Part shown: positions 54,001 through 63,527 of the stretch, one piece after another
How the letters are laid out: every line of letters begins with the position of its first letter
Position numbering within the stretch: position 1 is the first letter of the stretch
DNA from: a virus
Lineage: Duplodnaviria; Caudoviricetes
IMG/VR virus record: IMGVR_UViG_3300028588_000019
Coordinates: 8,475-72,474 of that record
Strand: one strand, 5' to 3'
DNA: 64,000 bases
The notes under the pieces: model-generated
Seen by the model: the letters and a program-made list of their open reading frames with translations, nothing else
Told to the model about the DNA's origin: nothing
Databases searched by the model: none
Translations under genes and position numbers: made by a program

Positions 54001-57000
54001 GCATCTGTTTCGCCACCTTAGCGCGCTCCACCTCAGTCTTGGCGCTGAAGCCTTTAAGCGCCGCCACCTTCTTATCGTAGACTGCTTGCGCCGCGGAAAG
54101 CTCCTGCGCTTCAATTGCACGCAGTTTGTTGTAGTGTTCAGCGACACTCGACTCACCGTCGCGGAACGCGTCTTTCTCTTCCGCAACTTGTGCGTCAATG
54201 GCACGCTTGGCTTTATCGCCTTCGTCCTCAAATTTGGAAAGCTGGGTTTGCAGTTCGATCCAGCGCGGATCGTCTTTGTTGGTGTTACCACCGCCGCCAC
54301 GGTTGTACTTCGCCCGGATGTCCGCAACGGTTTTCTCAACACGCTCAGCGTTAATGATCTTCAGCTCACCGCTTGCGATAGCTGCTTCAACAGCAGCTTG
54401 ATTATTGGCCGCGTCAATGTTGTGCGTTTTTTCCCATTGGTGGATGATGTCACGGTTTGCCATCGTCACACCTTGCAGGTAACGCTGGATGTACGTTTCT
54501 CCGATCTGGTTGCGCGAACGTGCGTGGGTCTCAATGTAATCAACCTCGCGCTGACCGAACACACCCTGTTGCTCAATCTGTTTGTCTTCCGACTTCTTCT
54601 GCGCAGCGAGTTGCTCGTCGTCGAACTTTTTCTGCAGCTGTGCAACGACACCAGCTTGCTTGGCGTACTGAGCAGCGACGGCCATAAAACGGCCTTCGTA
54701 GATATTCTTGGTTTTTGGATTCGCCATACCGGCAGCGAAACCCTCCGACGCTTGCTCCAAAGCTTTCAGTTGCTGCTTGGCAGCGTCCAGGAGTTGACCT
54801 GTACTGTCTTCCTTACCCCACTCCTTCATCGCATGACCGATCTCTTGGATGATCTGCTTGAAGCCGAGGTACGAAGCCATCAGGTAGCCAACATTCTTAT
54901 CCTGCTTTTGCAGACTTTCGCTCATGCGGTCGGCAATTTCAATCATCGCCTCTTGGTTGCGACCTTCCAGCGCAAGCAGACGGATACGCTCATACGACTG
55001 CGCATTCAGGAAGTGATACGTCTCGTTTTGCTTCGCAGCCCACTCGGCAATCTTGTTCTGCATTTCGTTGAAGACTTTGCCGTGCACTGCACCAAGCTGC
55101 TGGAACATGCCCACAACTTGCTCCGTGGACTGTCCGCTCAAACGTTGGAAGTTCAGTGCTGCACCGCCAATAGCTTGCAGCGTGTCGGCAGTAAACTTAC
55201 CAGTCGCGTTCAGTGCGAGCAGCATTTCGGTTGCCGTGCCGATTTGACCGTGCACGTTACCCTTCAGCTCCAGCGCCATTTCGTGCAGCGAGTCTCGGGT
55301 TTGACCCGAGAAGCCGCCGGTCAACTGCATGACGTTATTGAACTTGTAGAGCTCGCTAGCGCCCTTAGCCATTTCCCAAGCGACCGTACCCAGCGTAACA
55401 AGCATGGCGAGCGCAGCGACACCAAAGCCAGTGAACGCCAGCGAGGCCATGTTGGTATACTCAGCCAGCACCATCATGGATGCAGGCATACGGCTAAAGC
55501 GACCCTGCACCATTTCATGCAGCAGAACAATAATCTCTGAACGCGCACGCGACGATTGGAAGCTAATTTTGCTCAGCGCGTCCGCCACCGAAGTGGCAGG
55601 AGCGTGGGCAGACGAATGCGTAGCCTTCAAGGCTTCTTGTGCAGCCTTAAGGTCATTGACGTGTTTGGTGTAGTTGGCAAGGTCAGCTTGAGCTGCCTTC
55701 GAAAACAACGAGTTAAACGTATCACCGCCGATGCCGGTGTTACCCTTGTAAGCCGCGAGCTTTTCCAGCTCAGCAATCTTTTGCTTGGTCGACATCTCTG
55801 CATAGCGGATGTCCATCTGCGCCGCCTTTTCAGCAGCGGCTAGATCCTTTTCGCGTTGTTGCGTCTTGCGCAGGTAAATCTGTTCAGCTGCTTCCATTTG
55901 ACGGAACGCAGCGTATTCAGCGGCGCTGGTGGCCGCAGCAATGCGTGCCAGCTCTTTGCGCTGGTGTTCTTCGGCTGCAAGTTCATCAGCCTTGCGCTGT
56001 GCCTGCTTTTTCAGGAAGACAGCTTCATTCGCTTCCATCTCTTTCAAAGCTGCGTATTCGGCCGCAGCGGTACGCTTGAGGTACAGCTGTTCAGCAGCTT
56101 CCATTTCCTTCAGCGCAGCGTATTCAGCAGCTTCGAGCTTTGCCTTACCGATTGCGATTTCTTTTTCAATGTGGGCAGTAAGAGCAACTTCGTCAGCTTT
56201 CATCTGTGCTTGCCTTTTCAGGAACACAGATTCGTTTGCTTCCATTTCACGGAAAGCAGCGTACTCAGCTGCCGCTGTGCGCTTTAGATACAGCGCTTCA
56301 GCAACTTCCATTTCTTTCAGTGCAGCATACTCGGCGGCCGCAGTCTTGCGATTGCCGATTGCAATTTCTTCTTCGACGTGTTTGACCAGCGCAGCTTCGT
56401 CGGCGGTACGCGCAGCAACGCCTTTCAAGTAGACCGATTCATTAGCCTCCATCTGGCGGAAAGCGGCATACTCTGCGGCGGCGGTGGTTTTCAGGTAGAG
56501 CGCTTCGTGCGCCTCCATGGTACGGAACGCAGCATACTCCAGCTTTGTCATTTCCTTAGTCTGGAGTTCCAAAGCTGCGATCAGTGGCGCAGCAGCTTCC
56601 GCGACGCCCAGCTCAGCTGCTTTCATGCGTTGCAGTTCGGCGGTAGTCTTACCAGCTTGCGCGTTCATGACGGTCAACTGGTCGATGAAGCGTTGACCAG
56701 CCAGGGTCAGCTCTTCCTTGGCGCGTGCAGCGTCGCGCTCTGCTCTAGCAATGTCAGCAGCAGCCTTTTGTTCTTTTTCCCATTCAGCTGTCAATTGCTG
56801 AATTCGGTTCTGGTGCTTCTTTGCTGACTGCTCAAGCCATTCGTTGTTCTTCTGAACGGCAGCACTCATGTCGTTGATGCGACGTGTCTGCACAATCGTG
56901 GCGGTGCCGAACGAGTTCAGTTCAGCTTCCGCCTTAGCTGCATCTGTGGTTACACCAAGATGCAGACTTGCAATATCAGTACCGCCACCACCGCCGGAAT

Positions 57001-57013
57001 TAGGGCTTGACAT
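51023..57013 (-). CDS. tape measure protein (~2000 aa)
   Basis: long A/E/K-rich helical ORF after the chaperone; start taken at MSSPN (57013). Confidence 0.92.
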   Translation of the reverse strand: MSSPNSGGGGGTDIASLHLGVTTDAAKAEAELNSFGTATIVQTRRINDMSAAVQKNNEWLEQSAKKHQNRIQQLTAEWEKEQKAAADIARAERDAARAKEELTLAGQRFIDQLTVMNAQAGKTTAELQRMKAAELGVAEAAAPLIAALELQTKEMTKLEYAAFRTMEAHEALYLKTTAAAEYAAFRQMEANESVYLKGVAARTADEAALVKHVEEEIAIGNRKTAAAEYAALKEMEVAEALYLKRTAAAEYAAFREMEANESVFLKRQAQMKADEVALTAHIEKEIAIGKAKLEAAEYAALKEMEAAEQLYLKRTAAAEYAALKEMEANEAVFLKKQAQRKADELAAEEHQRKELARIAAATSAAEYAAFRQMEAAEQIYLRKTQQREKDLAAAEKAAQMDIRYAEMSTKQKIAELEKLAAYKGNTGIGGDTFNSLFSKAAQADLANYTKHVNDLKAAQEALKATHSSAHAPATSVADALSKISFQSSRARSEIIVLLHEMVQGRFSRMPASMMVLAEYTNMASLAFTGFGVAALAMLVTLGTVAWEMAKGASELYKFNNVMQLTGGFSGQTRDSLHEMALELKGNVHGQIGTATEMLLALNATGKFTADTLQAIGGAALNFQRLSGQSTEQVVGMFQQLGAVHGKVFNEMQNKIAEWAAKQNETYHFLNAQSYERIRLLALEGRNQEAMIEIADRMSESLQKQDKNVGYLMASYLGFKQIIQEIGHAMKEWGKEDSTGQLLDAAKQQLKALEQASEGFAAGMANPKTKNIYEGRFMAVAAQYAKQAGVVAQLQKKFDDEQLAAQKKSEDKQIEQQGVFGQREVDYIETHARSRNQIGETYIQRYLQGVTMANRDIIHQWEKTHNIDAANNQAAVEAAIASGELKIINAERVEKTVADIRAKYNRGGGGNTNKDDPRWIELQTQLSKFEDEGDKAKRAIDAQVAEEKDAFRDGESSVAEHYNKLRAIEAQELSAAQAVYDKKVAALKGFSAKTEVERAKVAKQMQDIRAALDKAIDSNGAAGENLDRDEVGANKKALKTTVGNITTDGARELEELNKKIEAQKKYNEEIGKTAAQRQLVAIALADEADQQRKRDALYLEALLDTEKAKPEDEQNKAAIAAYGARLAALQKLIAAQADINRLKDIGAKLDAEQADFKKADDLAKSWKEAGNDIAKALEQAFGKGGKAAGELFKVFSRGTAEQLQLDNKLRKSKKENEGLQDEEARNAKAQNEYNQASARNRMNEYGNMAGAAAGFFDEQSKGYKALMVMSQVFHAAELALTIAELVPKGISAILTQGQGDSYSAFARMAAMAAIVAGLGVAISGKFSDVNVAKDRQEAQGTGTVFGNVDAKSESISKSLELIEDNTYQNLVIGSGMLQALRAIQAGIGGLSGILLNNGVTGDMPANTYGGMSSLGSLIGSPLKSMPGGEWLGKQYASLTNSIFGGKTTNLDTGLTANKTSVGNIVNGGLVMSQYLDTKKDGGIFHSDKYKTQLTALDKDVNDQFALIFKGLSTTINAAGEALGIGGAAFNERLKSIIIDFGKISFKDLSAEEIQKEIEAVVSKLGDDMASLMVAGLNDYAKLGEGQLETLVRIAAEYQTIDTVFQSFNKTFGQIGLSSVAARSRLIELSGGLEEFVSQASTFLDTFYTDKEKAKFLKGQLDPTFAKYGLTTSQPNSEEMFRKFIEGLDTTTQYGAEAYAALMGLVPAFKEILDVTKAIAEERQSIQDEIDELVMTPAQLIAKQREELDESNRSLFDYLQLLKKQKEAQDTNKESLSQTIEKLKTFAQSMREMRDGLLLSDLTTLTPEQQYLEALRQFDNTVAKAKTGDEEAQSQISAAANAFLQASRVVNASDPKYSSDFAKVLRITEEMEQWATAKASVEQLSLDALNAQVAGITNLNNTLNDVLWAIRDPRPAAAMPSLSGNPTTASEKAMMAAELKALREEVSGMRAEANTNTANVITSNAKVTAGAAQTTVSGIMSSAANSSYKNNVLSMAME

Positions 57014-57404
57014 TTTTCGCTTCCTTCTCGTTACAGAATCGACGGTATTCTTCGTCGATTGCTCGAATACATCTGCGCTCAAAAGGCGTCAGTGTAACAT
57101 CCATCCCCTGCGCCCATGCTGTGATTTCTAGATGGGTTATCGGGCAAAAGCCCATTCCGTTGTTGGTGCGAGTCCCGTCCAGTTCGCAGTAATAGCCCCA
57201 AATGTGGGAAAGCTCATAAGGGCATTGTATCTCCTCCGGAACCTCCTCAAACGTCTTTTCAGTTACAACAAGGGCAGCGAAAGCTGAACTCTTGGCAACG
57301 TCGACGTGTTCCTGTGTCGACGCACCATCCTTCTGCTTGCTGCCCCAGTAAAACTGATTTTTGGCGTAAGCCTTTAGATCGCTTAGGAGGCTTTCGAGAA
57401 ATTT
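57000..57404 (-). CDS. tail assembly chaperone -1 frameshift extension
   Basis: slippery A AAT TTC at 57404-57398; -1 frame is open to 57000 (P..L.HIW...L...R..NGMG..PI...EI.AW). Confidence 0.85.
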   Translation of the reverse strand, partial: KFLESLLSDLKAYAKNQFYWGSKQKDGASTQEHVDVAKSSAFAALVVTEKTFEEVPEEIQCPYELSHIWGYYCELDGTRTNNGMGFCPITHLEITAWAQGMDVTLTPFERRCIRAIDEEYRRFCNEKEAKNVKP

Positions 57405-57847
57405 GCTTCTTCGTCGAGGTCGTTCAAGACCTTAGCTTGCCACTGCGGCATCTTGTTGAACATGGTTTCCAGCAGGTCTTTGCTGAACTCGACGGGCTTG
57501 CCTGCGCGGTCGAAGCCGAAGAAGCCGGTAACCACAGCCATCGCGGTCGAGCGGTCGTTGCGCGCCATCGTTTCGGTCACGACTGCGGCGCCTTCTTCGG
57601 TTGCGGTGTCGATTGCTTTCTTGCGCTTGCCGGCGCGCTGGATGTTCTCGGTCTTGATGGTGGCTTGGTTGGCCTGGTACTCGGCGCTGTTTTTGCCGAC
57701 CATGATGAAGCCCGAGACCGGATCGCCGTTGTCGTCGAAGATGACGCCACACTTGTGGGTCAGCGACGGCATCTGGTCCAGCAGGTCCAGGTCGAAGCCA
57801 GCGTTAGCGATGATTTGTGCAGCGTTCGGATTTTGTGCGGTGTTCAT
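57383..57847 (-). CDS. tail assembly chaperone
   Basis: between tail tube and TMP; slippery site just before the stop. Confidence 0.85.
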   Translation of the reverse strand: MNTAQNPNAAQIIANAGFDLDLLDQMPSLTHKCGVIFDDNGDPVSGFIMVGKNSAEYQANQATIKTENIQRAGKRKKAIDTATEEGAAVVTETMARNDRSTAMAVVTGFFGFDRAGKPVEFSKDLLETMFNKMPQWQAKVLNDLDEEANFSKAS

Positions 57848-57882
57848 TTTATATATTCCAATTATAGTTTGGTTTTACTTCG

Positions 57883-57910
57883 AAAAAGACTCCCGGCTTT
57901 CACCGGGAGT
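57883..57910 (-). terminator. intrinsic terminator after the tail tube gene
   Basis: minus strand ACTCCCGG-TGAAAG-CCGGGAGT followed by CTTTT. Confidence 0.75.
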
Positions 57911-57956
57911 TAAAGCACAAGCCGATGTCCGTCAGCTTGATCGTTACAGTTCGCTG

Positions 57957-59192
57957 TTACACGAACGCGCTGTCTTGAACAGCGAAACTCGTTGGATACG
58001 TGCCGTTGGTGGTGCCACCGTCGACGTTTTCCAGTGCGGTGAACGGCATGGTCATCACCAGGCCGGTATCGCTGTCGTCGCGGTCTGCGCCACCCATCTT
58101 GCAGCGTGGGAAGCTGTAAGCCTTGAAGCCGGCGCCGGGAGTGTTATTGGTGGTGAACACGCAGTAGATGCCGACTTCCGTTTCGTTCAGGAAGTAGTCG
58201 CGCATCGTTGCGTCCGAGAACAGCACGGTGATCTGGCCGTCCACCGTCATCGCGCCAGGGAAGATGTCCGGTTCAACGTTGCTGCCCACAACACCGCCGA
58301 TCGAGGCATGGTTACCCTTGACCGAGAAGTTCATGCCGGTGATGAGTGCGACGGGTACGCCGTTCACGTACAGCAGCCCGTTCGCCGACGCCAGGACCGC
58401 ACCGTTACCAGCCGCAGCCGGCGAGGTGAAGTATTGCGTGTCTTGCGGCGACATGTCCAGACCTTTGATCTGGTAGTCGACGGTCATCATGCCCGAGCCT
58501 GGCAGCTTGACGTCCATCTGCGTGACCACACAGTCCGTGAACACTTCCGAGCTGCCGGTCGGCACGTCGCTCTGGAACTGCTCGATGGTGTAGTAGTCGC
58601 GGGTAAAGTTGGTCGTCGCCATCGCGCTGTGCTTGCCGACTTCGGTCAGGGTCACTGCGCCGGTTTCGGTCTTGGCGGTCATCAGAACACCGTCCAGGCG
58701 AACCACGTTCATGGTCTTGCCGTTCGCTGCGATCGACACGACGAACAAGTTGGCGCCGTTGTTTGCCACACCGGTGGTCGTGAAGCCCGAGGCACGAATC
58801 ACCATGCCGACGCGGAAGCCTTGCGTGATGAAGTTGTTTGCGGTCGTGGTGAGGGTGCCCACGGTTGCGTTGATATCGCCTGCTGCGGCGGTCAGGGTGA
58901 TCGACGGGACGACCAGCGCACGGTTGATCGATTCTTCGAACTGCTGGTAGGTGCCAACCGAGACTTCGCCGCTGATGGTGCCCTCGACCGAGCGCGTACC
59001 GTGACGCATGTCGGACTTCTGTTGCGACGGACGCTTTTCGTTCGACTGGTAGGTAGCCTTTTTCAGACCGATCGTGGAGGTAACGCGGCGCATGTAGCGC
59101 GAAGTACCTGCTGCACCGGCAGAAGCTTTGGCGTTGAGGCCGGTCTGCTTCTTGACGATGAGGAGCTTATTAATACCTGATGCGATAGGCAT
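57957..59192 (-). CDS. major tail (tube) protein
   Basis: S.E.R..Q......G...V.G pattern; highly biased codons; position. Confidence 0.85.
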   Translation of the reverse strand: MPIASGINKLLIVKKQTGLNAKASAGAAGTSRYMRRVTSTIGLKKATYQSNEKRPSQQKSDMRHGTRSVEGTISGEVSVGTYQQFEESINRALVVPSITLTAAAGDINATVGTLTTTANNFITQGFRVGMVIRASGFTTTGVANNGANLFVVSIAANGKTMNVVRLDGVLMTAKTETGAVTLTEVGKHSAMATTNFTRDYYTIEQFQSDVPTGSSEVFTDCVVTQMDVKLPGSGMMTVDYQIKGLDMSPQDTQYFTSPAAAGNGAVLASANGLLYVNGVPVALITGMNFSVKGNHASIGGVVGSNVEPDIFPGAMTVDGQITVLFSDATMRDYFLNETEVGIYCVFTTNNTPGAGFKAYSFPRCKMGGADRDDSDTGLVMTMPFTALENVDGGTTNGTYPTSFAVQDSAFV

Positions 59193-59206
59193 GATTCTTC
59201 CTTCAA

Positions 59207-59611
59207 TTATAGATAGATGTCGGCGTAAAACGGGACTCGCACGATTACGACATAACTTTCATCGTGCGGTACACCAGTCCCGATTTCGGGGGTACGGTCA
59301 ATGACAGTGGTGATACCGTTACTGCTAAACGTCGATCCCCTCGGGAACGTTTTACGAATCAGCTCAGCCCTCAACTTTGCCGATCTTGAACCAGTTAGAA
59401 GCGGGTAGTACAGAGTCAACTGCATGTACCCGCGTTCCCGATAGAAAGTTGCGTCCATCGTTACGTCGTCTGGTTGCACAAACAGAAAGTTCACCTTCTG
59501 CCATGGAACATCCACGACGGGGGTAAAGAGCGTGTTCTCCCAAGCGGTCGGCAATTCCGGCATAGCTGCAAGCGCAAGCTCAAGGGCCGATTGGATCGCG
59601 AGTTGAGACAC
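59207..59611 (-). CDS. tail terminator (DUF4128-like)
   Basis: AWEN..F.P...PW...GY.Q...P...G. Confidence 0.8.
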   Translation of the reverse strand: MSQLAIQSALELALAAMPELPTAWENTLFTPVVDVPWQKVNFLFVQPDDVTMDATFYRERGYMQLTLYYPLLTGSRSAKLRAELIRKTFPRGSTFSSNGITTVIDRTPEIGTGVPHDESYVVIVRVPFYADIYL

Positions 59612-60097
59612 TTACTTCCCCCTGTTAATATATTCCATTTCGCACTGACGCACGATCTGGTTGAACTCCATGCGAGTCCGTTGTACCATCCCGCCCGGTG
59701 GCACCATCGCGGAGTGCAATCCGGTTTCCAGCAAACGGGCGTAAGGCACGTTGTTCACAAAATAATACGTATGACCCATCGGCCACCGCGGAATCGACTT
59801 GCGCATGCGCATCTTGGATGCTGCACCGCTAGGGTCCGAAACCGCAATCCAGCCACCAGGCACAACATCGCATCCAAGCTGCCAGTTATTGATAAACTGA
59901 CCGGGGATGTAACCCTTCGGCCAGTAGGGTGGATGCCAACGCTTCGGGTCACCAATCACCGAATAATAATGGAGTCGTTCGCCAATGCGAATCAGCACCA
60001 TCTTTGTTACGTCTTGCATCGCACCTTTAGCTTTCAAGATAAACTTGAAAACATCATTTACTGCAATGGCGTTAAGCGCGATCGAATCTTTGCTCAT
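59612..60097 (-). CDS. HK97 gp10-like neck protein
   Basis: NNVPYARLLE.G.HS...P.GMV. Confidence 0.8.
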   Translation of the reverse strand: MSKDSIALNAIAVNDVFKFILKAKGAMQDVTKMVLIRIGERLHYYSVIGDPKRWHPPYWPKGYIPGQFINNWQLGCDVVPGGWIAVSDPSGAASKMRMRKSIPRWPMGHTYYFVNNVPYARLLETGLHSAMVPPGGMVQRTRMEFNQIVRQCEMEYINRGK

Positions 60098-60486
60098 GCT
60101 CTCAGCACCACAAGATAAAACACAGGCACACCAGCTGGACCAACAGACTGCACGTCGGCAACGGTATAAGTCACACCCTGCACGATCATTTGGTCTTTCG
60201 GCTGGGGCTCACTACCAGTTGCATCGACATACAGCCAACGCTCGGCGCTATGAACCAGCGTACCGCGTTCGACGTTGTTACCGTACTGTGGGCCAATGCG
60301 CGTACCAGGCTGATCGGTAACGAGCGCTTGGAGTGTTTCGTCCGTGTGCGCTGGGGCGCTTGTTACAACCTCCTGCGTTGCCGGGTTGTACACACCGGCA
60401 CTATACGCCAGCTTACGCAAAATCACATCCTGCCCATACTTGGCAAATGCTTTTTTGACCGTTTTAGCTGTTCGTGTGTAATCCAT
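60094..60486 (-). CDS. head closure protein
   Basis: position; G.YNP.T pattern; start taken at MDYT. Confidence 0.7.
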   Translation of the reverse strand: MDYTRTAKTVKKAFAKYGQDVILRKLAYSAGVYNPATQEVVTSAPAHTDETLQALVTDQPGTRIGPQYGNNVERGTLVHSAERWLYVDATGSEPQPKDQMIVQGVTYTVADVQSVGPAGVPVFYLVVLRA

Positions 60487-60537
60487 AGCGCCCATAGTAG
60501 CATGGACGCATAGGCATTGCAAGTGTTTCTTGCGTTC

Positions 60538-61032
60538 TTATACTCGCGACAACCGGATGTTGCCCCGCCCACTACGCAGATATACGCGAAGCATGTCATC
60601 AACTTCGGTATAGCGCACAGCAGCGCTGGAACCTTCGTCGTACTTTGTGGTAATCGGTCCAACGGTTTCCTGAATCACCAGACGTTCTTGATCTTCTACC
60701 AGTGGCCCGGATGCAGCACGCAGGGCGAGTTCCGCAATGGCGTTTTTGATTTCTTTCGGGATAACCCGGTAGTCGCGCTCAACACCATCGATAACCACAC
60801 CACTGCGTGGCCAGTCCAGTTCCTGCGTGCAGCTCACCCGGCAGCCCTTCCACCGCATGGCGTAGCGACCACTAAAATAGACCATCGCACGGAAGATGGC
60901 CTGCTCCTTGTGGTCATCAACCATACCCATCCAGTCGGGGTTGCCGCGCTTCAGGAAATACGCATCAGCAAAAGCAGTGTCGATATACGACTCTGCGTCA
61001 CGTACTACGGAACCATCCTCAACGATCAACAT
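60538..61032 (-). CDS. head-tail adaptor (DnaT-like family)
   Basis: LIVEDG....AESY...A..YF..RG...Q.LDWPR. Confidence 0.85.
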   Translation of the reverse strand: MLIVEDGSVVRDAESYIDTAFADAYFLKRGNPDWMGMVDDHKEQAIFRAMVYFSGRYAMRWKGCRVSCTQELDWPRSGVVIDGVERDYRVIPKEIKNAIAELALRAASGPLVEDQERLVIQETVGPITTKYDEGSSAAVRYTEVDDMLRVYLRSGRGNIRLSRV

Positions 61033-61034
61033 GA

Positions 61035-61151
61035 TTATTTCCTTTTCTTTGCAAGCGGGTATTTCACAAGCGGAGTGGCCGGCTTTGCAGGTGTGGGCGC
61101 AGGCACTCCGATACGGTAGTTGACGGGCAAGTCTGCGCGCACGGGTTTCAT
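61035..61151 (-). CDS. 38-aa basic Pro-rich peptide
   Basis: fills the gap between neighbours. Confidence 0.4.
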   Translation of the reverse strand: MKPVRADLPVNYRIGVPAPTPAKPATPLVKYPLAKKRK

Positions 61152-61462
61152 TAGTGGTCCACCTTGCGGAAGCAGATGGTGCGGTCGAACTGCTCGCCGT
61201 TCACGCACAAGATGCGGAACGTGCAATAGCTGTCAGCTTCGGTTGCGCCGATACCAGTCAGGAAGCATTTAACCTTGGACCCGTTGAATTCCGGATCCGC
61301 GAGCTTTACCATACCTGTGCCAAGATTAACGTCAACCGACGCAATGCTGGTCCCGGAAATGGACAAGTCTTCAGCGACGTCCGCACCGTACCAATATTTA
61401 TCGTCCGGGTCTTTTTTGAACCAGGCCTTGTCGCCTTCAAACGTTGGTTCCTCGATAGCCAT
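61151..61462 (-). CDS. fibre-attachment adaptor-like virion protein
   Basis: KDPD...WYG.D...L...I.S...F.RT pattern. Confidence 0.6.
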   Translation of the reverse strand: MAIEEPTFEGDKAWFKKDPDDKYWYGADVAEDLSISGTSIASVDVNLGTGMVKLADPEFNGSKVKCFLTGIGATEADSYCTFRILCVNGEQFDRTICFRKVDH

Positions 61463-62196
61463 TATTTAAACTCCACTGTGCGGTTTTGTGATCCAAATTT
61501 TACTTCACGAATTTGCGAAGTTTCAAACTTTGCTTCACGATTTTGTACGTTTTTGAAAACAGCTGTCCTGTCTCTTGCGGGGAAAACAGCAATTCGTTCT
61601 TGTGATGAGAACACTGCCATGCGTTGCGGGGGAACTTCCACGCTTGGAGGGGTATCGCCCAGGATGCGATAAACAACCATCAGATCGCAGCGAACCGCAC
61701 CAGCAATTCTATAACCTGCGCTCAAATCTCGAGACACCGCATTGCGTAAAGCGTAGCCGGCAAGCAGATCTTTATTTACCGATTTGCGTACTGCATAACT
61801 CACGCTCAACGATCTGCCGGTTGCACCCCGGATAGCATAGTCAACGGCGAGCTCGGCAAACGCTACCGATCCCAACACTGAATAGCTGACCGCCAAATTA
61901 CGTCCCACCGAAGACCTGACAGAATAATCCTGGGCAAGGTTGACACCAATAGCAACCCTGACAGCATATTGCACGGAGAGCGTTTTGCCCACACTACTCC
62001 GCACAGCATAACTGGCGCTCAGCGTGAGGCCAACCGCTGCACGCACGGCATAAGTTAGGCTTAGGTCTTTTCCGACCGGAGTTCTGACTGGCGCACTTAC
62101 GCTAACGTCAACATAGCCATAGCCGGGGACAAGATATTGCCCCGATGTGGTTGGCTCGTCAACGTAACCGTATCCGGGAATGAGACGCTGCGCCAT
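61462..62196 (-). CDS. virion fibre-like protein with ~10 x 14-aa repeats
   Basis: Y-A-V-R-x-x-V-G-x-x-L-S period-14 repeats; R.AVF tail repeats. Confidence 0.65.
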   Translation of the reverse strand: MAQRLIPGYGYVDEPTTSGQYLVPGYGYVDVSVSAPVRTPVGKDLSLTYAVRAAVGLTLSASYAVRSSVGKTLSVQYAVRVAIGVNLAQDYSVRSSVGRNLAVSYSVLGSVAFAELAVDYAIRGATGRSLSVSYAVRKSVNKDLLAGYALRNAVSRDLSAGYRIAGAVRCDLMVVYRILGDTPPSVEVPPQRMAVFSSQERIAVFPARDRTAVFKNVQNREAKFETSQIREVKFGSQNRTVEFK

Positions 62197-63527
62197 TATG
62201 CCGCCCGCTTCGGGTCCACGTACATGACGGTGTTAGGCCGTGCCAGCGTAATCTTCCATAGCGCCCCGCCGGCGGTCTGCGGCGTGAATGTCAGGGACAG
62301 TCGCTGGGGGCGAGGTGCAACCATACTCGCAGCAGCCCATGCCGCTGTGCTGGACGCAATCGCCTTTGGCGCCCCAAGTGGTACGACGCGGGATCTATAA
62401 AAAGTGCTCTTCGGCGCGCCGCACTCCTGCACTTCGACCCACACATCCGCATCGGTTAGCGTCACGCCATCTGTGAGCACGTCGATGGTGAAGGTTAGCG
62501 GTGCGCCGGTGGAAGGAATAACGAAGAACTGCTCCTCGGATTCCAGACCGATCATGCCGGGCGTGGGGTTTGCATTCGTTTCCATTCGCCAAGAATAGGA
62601 GACGCCGCTATCAACCGCCCCGTTCTGCTTCAGGACGCCAGTGTCGGACCGAATCGTTCCGCTGAATGCTGCCACGTTCATGCGAATACGAGTTGCACCC
62701 GAATCGCAGTTGTGCATGGTGGCCCGGAATCCCGGATCAATGACGCCCTGTACCAGCTGTCCGGTCCAGTTCGGTGGCAATAGCGAATTCCGGATGGTCG
62801 CGCGCCCGGTGCAGTTGGCACCACTGAAAATGTCCGCACCCGGCGAGATATTGGTGAAATCGACACCATCGATGGAAATGAAAGATCCACGCCCGCTGGA
62901 GCCGCAGCGGAACAGATATGACTGGCTACCGTGCACGCTGGTGTACGAGCCGCCACGCCAGTTCAACTCTTGGTAGATCGCTAACGATTGCAGCGAACCT
63001 GTGAATTTGATATCAACATTGTTAAAGATAAAACGAGAACGTGCGTTGTTGGTTCCTGCGCTCGACCCGACGTTGATTAGCCCTGAACTTGCAGTGGTGT
63101 TGATCTGCAGGACCGAATCGTTATAAACCTGAATCACATCCACGCTGGTACTCGTGCCAAGGCTGAGCGTTGCGGCAGCTGAGCCGGAGCCGACCGCAAC
63201 GGTTAAGCCATGCGCGACAAACGAACCGTACAGCAAAACATTACCGCCGCTACCTGTACTGGTGATCGTGGCTCCATTGGACACAGCACTTGGCGGGGAT
63301 ACTCCATCCGGCACGCTGTACAGCTGCACAGGCGCATTCGGTGTGCCTGGAAAGGTAAAGGTTCGGGCAGTGGCGCTGACCGTGTCGTTGAGCAGGTTCG
63401 ACATGAAGAGACGGTCCCCCGCCACCATTGCGCCAGCCAATGAACCGAGAAGCGTCGCATCGGCACCTGCCCAGGACAAGCCGTCGTTGGCATCCGCACC
63501 AGTTGGACGAATATAGTAATCGCTCAC
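62196..63527 (-). CDS. virion protein, probable beta-helix
   Basis: YYIRPTG.DANDG.SW...ATL N-terminus; G/S/T-rich. Confidence 0.65.
   Translation of the reverse strand: MSDYYIRPTGADANDGLSWAGADATLLGSLAGAMVAGDRLFMSNLLNDTVSATARTFTFPGTPNAPVQLYSVPDGVSPPSAVSNGATITSTGSGGNVLLYGSFVAHGLTVAVGSGSAAATLSLGTSTSVDVIQVYNDSVLQINTTASSGLINVGSSAGTNNARSRFIFNNVDIKFTGSLQSLAIYQELNWRGGSYTSVHGSQSYLFRCGSSGRGSFISIDGVDFTNISPGADIFSGANCTGRATIRNSLLPPNWTGQLVQGVIDPGFRATMHNCDSGATRIRMNVAAFSGTIRSDTGVLKQNGAVDSGVSYSWRMETNANPTPGMIGLESEEQFFVIPSTGAPLTFTIDVLTDGVTLTDADVWVEVQECGAPKSTFYRSRVVPLGAPKAIASSTAAWAAASMVAPRPQRLSLTFTPQTAGGALWKITLARPNTVMYVDPKRAA

Noticed and set aside
52883-59180. Long plus-strand ORFs 52883-55540 and 57453-59180 (also 9933-10703 and 41220-42233 on the minus strand)
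   Set aside because: Antisense shadows of codon-biased real genes, with no motifs or SD support.
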